From: Sphingomonadaceae bacterium
GTDB taxonomy: Bacteria > Pseudomonadota > Alphaproteobacteria > Sphingomonadales > Sphingomonadaceae
DNA length: 64,000 nt
Direction: 5' to 3'
NCBI GenBank assembly: GCA_046348625.1
Contig: JAXMDX010000010.1
Coordinates: 32,055-96,054 of the forward strand
The translations under genes were made by a program, and so were the position numbers. The notes beneath the pieces were generated by a model. The model worked only from the letters and a program-made list of their open reading frames with translations. It searched no databases and was not told where the DNA came from. Positions 58,073 through 64,000 of this stretch are shown here, in pieces; the stretch's first letter is position 1, and each line of letters begins with the position of its first letter.

Positions 58073-59829
58073 GCGTCTGCACCATCTTGGCGGACAGTCA
58101 CAACCCGGAACATGCCCGCCATCATGTGGAGCATCATATGACAATGAAATGCCCAGTCGCCGAGCGCGTCCGCGGTCAGATCAAGCGACACCTTCCCGCC
58201 AGGAAGGACGTTCACGGTGTGCTTCAAGGGGCGGTGACCGGCATCGCCGGAGACGAGTTCAAAGAAGTGCCCATGCAGGTGAATGGGATGCGGCATCATT
58301 GTATCGTTGATCAGGTTCAGCCTGACCCGTTCATTGTGGCGAAAAGGGATTGGCTCGGCACCATCGCTCAACTTCACGCCATCGAATGACCACATGTATC
58401 GTTCCATGTTTGCAGTAAGATGAAGATCCAGCTCTCGTGAAGGACCGCGTGGATCCGGATTTCTGTCGAGCGATCTGAGTTGGCGATAAGTCAAAACGCG
58501 GTGCGTGACCTCTTCCAGGCCCGTTGGTCGCTCTCCCGTTCGATCGACAGGCATCACGGAGAGCATGGCCACGCCGGGCCCCATTTTCACCTGCGGGGCA
58601 ACGGAAGGATCAAGCATCTTCATCGAGCCCATGTCATGACCCATCGCGGCATGATCCATCCCCGCCATATCTCCGCCCGACATGTTCATGTCGCCCATGC
58701 CCATGTCTTTCATCGTCAGTAGCGGGCGATCGCGCAGAGATGGACTATCTCCTGCCATCCCCATATGCGGAGCCAATGTCGCGCGGCAAAGGCCGGACCG
58801 GTCGATCGACTCTGCAATGAGCCCAAAAGCCCGATCCTCCATAGGCTGTACGATCACATCATAGGTTTCAGCGATAGCGATCTGGAACTCATCCGTTTCA
58901 ACCGGCTGGACATTCTGGCCGTCTGCCGCAACGACAATCATTGGCAGCCCCGGAATCCTCACATTGAAGTTGGTCATCGAGGCAGCATTGATGATTCGAA
59001 GCCGAACGCGCTCGCCGGGAATGAAAAGACCGGTCCAGTTACCCGTCGTGTCATGGCCGTTGACCAGATAGGTGTAGGTCGACCCCGTGACATCAGCAAT
59101 GTCGGTCGGGTCCATCCGCATCCTGGCCCACATCCGGCGCTCCGCAGCAGACTGGTCCCTGCCTTTCAGCTTGCCCGCAAACGTCTGCTTGTTCATGTTG
59201 AAATAGCCGCCCATGGCTTTCAACTTTCGCATTTGCTCCATCGCATGCATGGCGCTCCAGTCCGAAAGGACGATCACATGCTCCCGGTCATAAGCCACAG
59301 GATCGGCATTCGCGGGATCGATCACGATGGCGCCATATTGGCCCATGGTCTCCTGCATGTTCGAATGACTGTGATACCAATAGGTGCCGGCTTGACGGAC
59401 CTCGAACTCATAAGTGAAAGTCTCGCCCGGCTTGATGCCCGGAAAACTGATGCCGGGCACGCCGTCCATCTGGAAGGGTAGCAATAGCCCGTGCCAATGA
59501 ATTGACGTGTCTTCATCGAGCGTATTGGTTACGGCGATCCGGACTTTCTGCCCTTCCTTCAGCCGAATGACAGGGCCGGGCACTGTTCCGTTGATCGTAA
59601 AAGCGTGACTGGCTTTCCCGCCGACAGACAAATGAGCCTGCCCAATCGAGAGCGCAATTGAATCGCCGCTGAGCGTTTCAGGCGCGTTTGAGATGCCCGC
59701 CGACCCGCTCGCAGCCCATGCGGGAAAAAGCGGCAAAGCCGCTAGACTTCCGCCAGCATAGGCGACGCATTTGAGCAATGCGCGACGATCAAAAGGCGGT
59801 GCTACGAGCTGCTGTGTCCGTTTCATCAA
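58069..59829 (-). CDS. copA: multicopper oxidase CopA/PcoA
   Basis: 586 aa. Tat-like signal is DRRALLKCVAYAGG. Copper sites are HWHG, WYHSH and HCHMMLHMMAGM. A Met/His-rich insert is present (MGMGDMNMSGGDMAGMDHAAMGHDMGSMKM). Confidence 0.92.
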   Translation of the reverse strand: MMKRTQQLVAPPFDRRALLKCVAYAGGSLAALPLFPAWAASGSAGISNAPETLSGDSIALSIGQAHLSVGGKASHAFTINGTVPGPVIRLKEGQKVRIAVTNTLDEDTSIHWHGLLLPFQMDGVPGISFPGIKPGETFTYEFEVRQAGTYWYHSHSNMQETMGQYGAIVIDPANADPVAYDREHVIVLSDWSAMHAMEQMRKLKAMGGYFNMNKQTFAGKLKGRDQSAAERRMWARMRMDPTDIADVTGSTYTYLVNGHDTTGNWTGLFIPGERVRLRIINAASMTNFNVRIPGLPMIVVAADGQNVQPVETDEFQIAIAETYDVIVQPMEDRAFGLIAESIDRSGLCRATLAPHMGMAGDSPSLRDRPLLTMKDMGMGDMNMSGGDMAGMDHAAMGHDMGSMKMLDPSVAPQVKMGPGVAMLSVMPVDRTGERPTGLEEVTHRVLTYRQLRSLDRNPDPRGPSRELDLHLTANMERYMWSFDGVKLSDGAEPIPFRHNERVRLNLINDTMMPHPIHLHGHFFELVSGDAGHRPLKHTVNVLPGGKVSLDLTADALGDWAFHCHMMLHMMAGMFRVVTVRQDGADA

Positions 59830-60002
59830 TCAAGTTTCGCTGAGTGGAGACTTTTGTTACCTGCGCAAAGCGGCATTCGCCATCTGCACTATAGGGCTAA
59901 CGCGCCATGCAGGAACTCGGCATTCAGGCTCAGGCAATGCCCGATGTACGAATTGAGGCTTGGCGAGTGCATTCATAGACCGATTTGAACGAGGAGCGAC
60001 GT

Positions 60003-60389
60003 ATGAACCAATTCAGCAGGTTGTCAAAGATGACGATTTTGGCTGCACTCTGCATGGCCAGTCCGTCGCTTGCGCATGTAAAGCTCGCGGCTTCGACACC
60101 GGCGGCAAATGCACATGTCGCCAAGCCGGGAAAGATTGTTCTGACTTTCTCTGACAAGGTCGTTGCGACGACGTTCAAAACCGAACTGATGATGGTGAGC
60201 ATGCCGGGGATGGCAGACCACCCTCCAATGAAAATGGCAGGTTACTCGACGCAGATGAGCGCTGATGGCAAATCCGTCACGCTGCTTCTGAGGCGTGCGC
60301 TTCCGACCGGGGGTTATGTCCTGAAATGGACAGCTTCCGGCATTGATACGCACAGCGTCGCAGGCGAATTGCCCTTCAACGTGAAGTAG
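60003..60389 (+). CDS. copC: copper resistance protein CopC
   Basis: ORF 59985..60389 trimmed to ATG 60003. Signal cleavage at SLA-HVKL gives an N-terminal His. The Met-rich loop MMVSMPGMADHPPMKM and DTH motif are present. Confidence 0.85.
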   Translation: MNQFSRLSKMTILAALCMASPSLAHVKLAASTPAANAHVAKPGKIVLTFSDKVVATTFKTELMMVSMPGMADHPPMKMAGYSTQMSADGKSVTLLLRRALPTGGYVLKWTASGIDTHSVAGELPFNVK

Positions 60390-61575
60390 GTCTGCGCATT
60401 CCCCTCGCGGCCACGACGACCAAGGCAAGGAAAGCGAATCCACCCCCCGCACCAAATGTCACCGCAGGCCCGAACATATCCCAAAATACTCCCGCCAGTA
60501 TGTTTGCGACGAGCATGGTGACACCAACCGCCAGATTGAACAGGCCGAATGCGGAGCCCCTGAAAGCAGGGGGCGCAGTTTCGGCGACCATCTTGGCCAA
60601 CAGCCCCTGTGTCAGCGCCATGTGTGCGCCCCACAAGGCAATGCCGGCAAAAACCCCCGGCAAGCCTTGTGCCTCCGCCAGAAAGACGTCAGCCGCAACG
60701 AGACAGACAAGCCCGAGGACCATCGGGCGCACGGGCCCGCGGTCATCCGCCATTGCGCCTGCGGGATAGGATCCAAGCGAATAGACAAGGTTCATGGCAA
60801 CCAGGACAAGCGGAGCAAGAGCAAGGGGCAGTCCGGTAGCATTGGCCTTGAGAACAATGAAGGCCTCGCTGAAGCGTGCCATGGTGAAAACAATGCCGAT
60901 CCCGACGACGGCCCAAAAGCTCCGGTCTAGTCCGCGCAGATCCTTGACTGTGACCGGCACGTGCGGTTGGGCTTGTATCGCTTCCTTGCCTTCCTCAATC
61001 CCGAAGAGAACAAGCAGAACCGCAACAAATCCGGGAATCGCTGCGACCCAGAAAACGCTGCGCATGTCATTTGCAAACAGGGCCATCAGTCCGACCGCCG
61101 CAAGCGGGCCGGCGAAGGCCCCGACCGTATCGAGCGACTGGCGAAGCCCATAGGCTCGGCCCCGAATGTCCGGCGGCGTGACATCGGCCACCAGCGCATC
61201 GCGCGGCGCGCCGCGGAGTCCCTTCCCGATGCGGTCGACAAATCGGGCGCCGAGAATCGGTATCGGACCGACGGCAAGCGCAAAGAGCGGTTTCGAGGCT
61301 GCCCCAAGGCCATAGCCTAGAAGAATGAGCGGCTTGCGGCGCCCCACCCTGTCGGACACATAGCCTGAGAAGACTTTGGAAATCGAGGCAGTCGCTTCAG
61401 CTATCCCGTCGATCAGTCCGACCAAAGCGACGCTCGCACCAAGCACTGTCGTCAGAAAAAGGGGCAAAAGCCCGTGGATGATTTCCGACGAAATATCCAT
61501 GAACAGGCTGACAAAGCCAAGCGCCCATACCGTGCGGGGAATGGCCGGGCGGCGGGATCCTCCCTCCGGGTTCAA
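60376..61575 (-). CDS. MFS transporter (start uncertain)
   Basis: ORF 60376..61878 has no internal ATG before the first TM helix. TTG at 61575 (LNPEGGSRRPAIPRTVWALGFVSLFMDISSE) overlaps the upstream stop (TTGA) and gives about 399 aa with about 12 TM segments. DRVGRRK is present in loop 2-3. Confidence 0.7.
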   Translation of the reverse strand: MNPEGGSRRPAIPRTVWALGFVSLFMDISSEIIHGLLPLFLTTVLGASVALVGLIDGIAEATASISKVFSGYVSDRVGRRKPLILLGYGLGAASKPLFALAVGPIPILGARFVDRIGKGLRGAPRDALVADVTPPDIRGRAYGLRQSLDTVGAFAGPLAAVGLMALFANDMRSVFWVAAIPGFVAVLLVLFGIEEGKEAIQAQPHVPVTVKDLRGLDRSFWAVVGIGIVFTMARFSEAFIVLKANATGLPLALAPLVLVAMNLVYSLGSYPAGAMADDRGPVRPMVLGLVCLVAADVFLAEAQGLPGVFAGIALWGAHMALTQGLLAKMVAETAPPAFRGSAFGLFNLAVGVTMLVANILAGVFWDMFGPAVTFGAGGGFAFLALVVVAARGMRRPTSR

Positions 61576-62246
61576 CCGGCACAGACTGCAAAGGCGCGGA
61601 CGGGAAACGTACCAAAGCCTTTTATCTTCGGCGGCACCGCACAGAAGCGGAAGTTCATGTCCGGCAATGCCCCAAGATTGGTCATATGCTCGACAATCGG
61701 AATGTCCGCGCCGAGAAGCGTCGTGTGGATCGGTCGCGAGCGAGTGCGGGTATCGTCGATGTTGTAGCTGTCGATCCCGACCAGCGCGGCACCACGATCG
61801 ACCAGAAGTCGAGCCGCAGCTTCTGTCAGGAACGGGTGATTCTCGAAGTACGGCTCGGTGCGCCACAACCTGTCCCAACCGGTATGGACCAACACGGCCT
61901 TGCCCGAAACATCCAGTCCAGCAAAAACATTCGCATCAACAGAAAGCCCCTGCTCAAACGGCTGGCGGACAACGACCCCGTCAAGCTCCGCCAATTGCGA
62001 CAGATCGAGCCCGGCCAGGTCTTTGCCCTTTGCAAAGCGATGAAACGGGCTGTCAATGTAGGTTCCAGTGTTCGCGACCATGTCAATCCGCCCGATCTGG
62101 AAGGTCGAGCCGTCGTCATATTGGCGACCAGATGCCTCGCGCTCCCAATAGTCGCAGATGACAGGTGCGGGCAGCCCCTTGAACGTGACCATGCCATGTT
62201 CGATCTCGTGTGAAAGATCGATCAGTCGGTCCTGCGCATCTTCCAT
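61572..62246 (-). CDS. putative cyclase-family (kynurenine-formamidase-like) protein
   Basis: ORF 61572..62438 trimmed to ATG 62246 ([15 protein letters not shown]). The family HxGTHxDxPxH motif appears here as NTGTYIDSPFH, with two His positions substituted. Confidence 0.75.
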   Translation of the reverse strand: MEDAQDRLIDLSHEIEHGMVTFKGLPAPVICDYWEREASGRQYDDGSTFQIGRIDMVANTGTYIDSPFHRFAKGKDLAGLDLSQLAELDGVVVRQPFEQGLSVDANVFAGLDVSGKAVLVHTGWDRLWRTEPYFENHPFLTEAAARLLVDRGAALVGIDSYNIDDTRTRSRPIHTTLLGADIPIVEHMTNLGALPDMNFRFCAVPPKIKGFGTFPVRAFAVCAG

Positions 62247-62476
62247 AATGCATATACTCCGATGCCCATCCAGATCAGATTGAGCGCCGCAGACGGCAGG
62301 GCCCTGTTGACCCAACCGTTGATCAGGAAACCGATTGAGCCCGCGACATTCATCACCTGGTAGGCCACCGACTGCGCCTTGAGGCGGCCCAAGGTCAACA
62401 GGATATAGGCGAGCAGGATGAGAATCGCCCCCGCCCATCCGACGATTTCGACCAGGACGTGCAGGGACGTGCTCAG
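62222..62476 (-). CDS. small 2-3 TM membrane protein (CBU_0592-like), no canonical start codon
   Basis: Not in the ORF track. My translation reads ...[84 protein letters not shown]. The stop TGA is at 62224-62222, overlapping the cyclase gene start. Only CTG/ATC codons lie upstream of the first TM helix; CTG at 62476 overlaps the acnA stop. Confidence 0.45.
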   Translation of the reverse strand: MSTSLHVLVEIVGWAGAILILLAYILLTLGRLKAQSVAYQVMNVAGSIGFLINGWVNRALPSAALNLIWMGIGVYALWKMRRTD

Positions 62477-64000
62477 GCCGCCAGCTTCCTCAGCACATAA
62501 TGCAGGATGCCGCCGTTCATGAAATACTCGACTTCATTGGCGGTATCGATCCGGCAAAGCGCAGTGAATGTGAAGCTGCTTCCATCTTTCCGGGTTACGA
62601 GCACATCCACATCCTGGCGCGGTTTCAGGCTGGCGATGCCCTTGATCGTGAAGCTGTCGTCGCCCGTCAGGCCAAGCGACGTGCGCGTATCCCCATCCTT
62701 GAACTGGAGTGGCAGGACGCCCATGCCGACCAGATTCGAGCGGTGAATGCGCTCGAAGCTCTCGACAATGACGGCACGGACTCCGAGAAGGTTTGTGCCT
62801 TTGGCTGCCCAGTCACGGCTCGAGCCCGTGCCATATTCCTTGCCAGCAACAACAACGAGAGCCGTGCCATCTGCCTTGTGACGCATCGCGGCGTCATAGA
62901 TTGGCATGACTTCATCACCATAACGCGACATGCCCCCTTCGATTCCCGGAACCATCTCGTTCTTGATGCGAATATTGGCAAAGGTGCCGCGCATCATCAC
63001 GTCATGATGGCCGCGCCGCGCGCCATAGGAGTTGAAATCTGCCTTGGAAACCTGGTGTTCCATCAGCCAGGTGCCTGCCGGGCTATCCGCCTTGATCGAA
63101 CCCGCCGGGCTGATGTGATCCGTGGTGATCGAGTCTCCAAGGATCGCGAGCGGCTTCGCCTCAATGATGTCGCCGACCGGTGCCGGAGTCATGGTCATGC
63201 CTTCGAAATAGGGAGGGTTGGCAACATAGGTCGAACCGGCGCGCCATTGATAGGTCTCGGACCCTTCGACCTGGATAGCCTGCCAATGCGCGTCGCCCTG
63301 ATAGACATTTGCATAGCGCGCCTGAAACATGGCGCGATCGATATTCGCAGCCATCGTGTCGGCCACTTCCTGGTTGGTCGGCCAAATGTCCTTGAGGTAC
63401 ACATCCGTCCCGTCGGTCGCCTGTCCGATTGGCGTGGTGGTAAAGTCCTCGGTCACAGTTCCCTTGAGCGCATAGGCGACGACCAGGGGCGGCGACGCGA
63501 GAAAGTTTGCGCGGACGTCCGGCGAAACCCGGCCTTCAAAGTTGCGGTTGCCCGAAAGGACTGACGCCGCAACGATATCATTGTTGTTGATGGCCTTGGA
63601 AATCGGCTCGGCAAGGGGACCGGAATTGCCGATGCAGGTCGTGCAGCCATATCCGACGAGGTTGAAGCCGATTGCGTCAAGATGCTCCTGCAGCCCGGCC
63701 TTCACCAGATAGTCAGTAACGACCTGCGATCCCGGCGCGAGTGACGTCTTTACCCAGGGTTTCGGTTTCAGTCCGAAGGCATTGGCCTTTTTCGCCACGA
63801 GACCTGCCGCAACCAGGACGCCGGGATTCGATGTATTGGTGCAGCTGGTAATCGCGGCGATGACGACATCGCCATCACCGATGTCATGAGCCTTGCCTTC
63901 GACGGGAACGCGTTTGAAACCGTCATGCTTGTAGATGGATGACAGTTCGCCATTGAAGACGTCGTCCACGTCGGTCAGGGCAACCTTGTCCTGCGGACGC
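62473..64000 (-). CDS. acnA: aconitate hydratase A, C-terminal ~500 aa; 5' end beyond the window
   Basis: ORF 62473..63969 begins at an internal Met, and the frame stays open to the window edge. Motifs [19 protein letters not shown] and [16 protein letters not shown] are present. Confidence 0.95.
   Translation of the reverse strand, partial: RPQDKVALTDVDDVFNGELSSIYKHDGFKRVPVEGKAHDIGDGDVVIAAITSCTNTSNPGVLVAAGLVAKKANAFGLKPKPWVKTSLAPGSQVVTDYLVKAGLQEHLDAIGFNLVGYGCTTCIGNSGPLAEPISKAINNNDIVAASVLSGNRNFEGRVSPDVRANFLASPPLVVAYALKGTVTEDFTTTPIGQATDGTDVYLKDIWPTNQEVADTMAANIDRAMFQARYANVYQGDAHWQAIQVEGSETYQWRAGSTYVANPPYFEGMTMTPAPVGDIIEAKPLAILGDSITTDHISPAGSIKADSPAGTWLMEHQVSKADFNSYGARRGHHDVMMRGTFANIRIKNEMVPGIEGGMSRYGDEVMPIYDAAMRHKADGTALVVVAGKEYGTGSSRDWAAKGTNLLGVRAVIVESFERIHRSNLVGMGVLPLQFKDGDTRTSLGLTGDDSFTIKGIASLKPRQDVDVLVTRKDGSSFTFTALCRIDTANEVEYFMNGGILHYVLRKLAA

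Noticed and set aside
1-64000. Search by eye for CRISPR arrays, rRNA/tRNA genes, IS elements, integrases, prophage genes, reverse transcriptases and toxin-antitoxin pairs.
   Set aside because: I found no regularly spaced direct repeats, no tRNA-like T-arm/acceptor patterns, and no transposase, integrase or RT motifs in any listed ORF. A tRNAscan, Infernal or ISfinder run would be needed to be certain.

Overview
High-GC bacterial chromosome segment. Hand counts on a few 60-nt lines give about 63-65% GC in core genes. Gene content looks alphaproteobacterial, probably Sphingomonadales-like (inference only). The supporting content is split gcvPA/gcvPB behind a tandem glycine riboswitch, sdhCDA, infA-maf-RNase E/G-like, a membrane H+-pyrophosphatase and a copAB/copC cluster. 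I support about 66 protein genes, mostly housekeeping or metabolic: thrS, gcvTHP, ispH, radC, folP, sdhCDA, prmA, phhA, galE, thiL, hppA, infA, maf, purD, xseA and acnA. I also support one riboswitch, a few hairpin terminators and several repeat elements. I saw no rRNA, tRNA, CRISPR array, transposase or integrase. The ORF track uses alternative start codons and takes the longest ORF, so I trimmed many 5' ends to internal ATGs where signal peptides, conserved N-termini or neighbouring genes demanded it. Many long ORFs antisense to real genes are high-GC artefacts. The most interesting regions are these. (1) At 32.6-38.0 kb, three apparently exported proteins sit in a row: a small protein, an M48 Zn-protease, and a TPR-array/CHAT caspase-like protease with a signal peptide. 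(2) At 45.5-50.9 kb, a segment is bracketed by two about 89%-identical 53-nt elements. It holds a coding desert and a roughly 2.6-kb low-GC islet (about 48-52% GC) of four small genes, including an orphan SUKH/SMI1-KNR4 immunity-type gene, with short junction repeats and a perfect hairpin. (3) The right-hand copy of that element, plus a terminator-like hairpin, sits directly upstream of infA and may be a leader or sRNA. (4) A GxxExxY (PD-(D/E)XK) gene flanked by TCACACRAAG-type repeats and a 26-bp inverted repeat lies exactly where sdhB would be expected after sdhA. (5) A small membrane ORF between acnA and a cyclase-family gene has no canonical start codon. All family assignments come from motif recognition by eye. 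No database search was possible.
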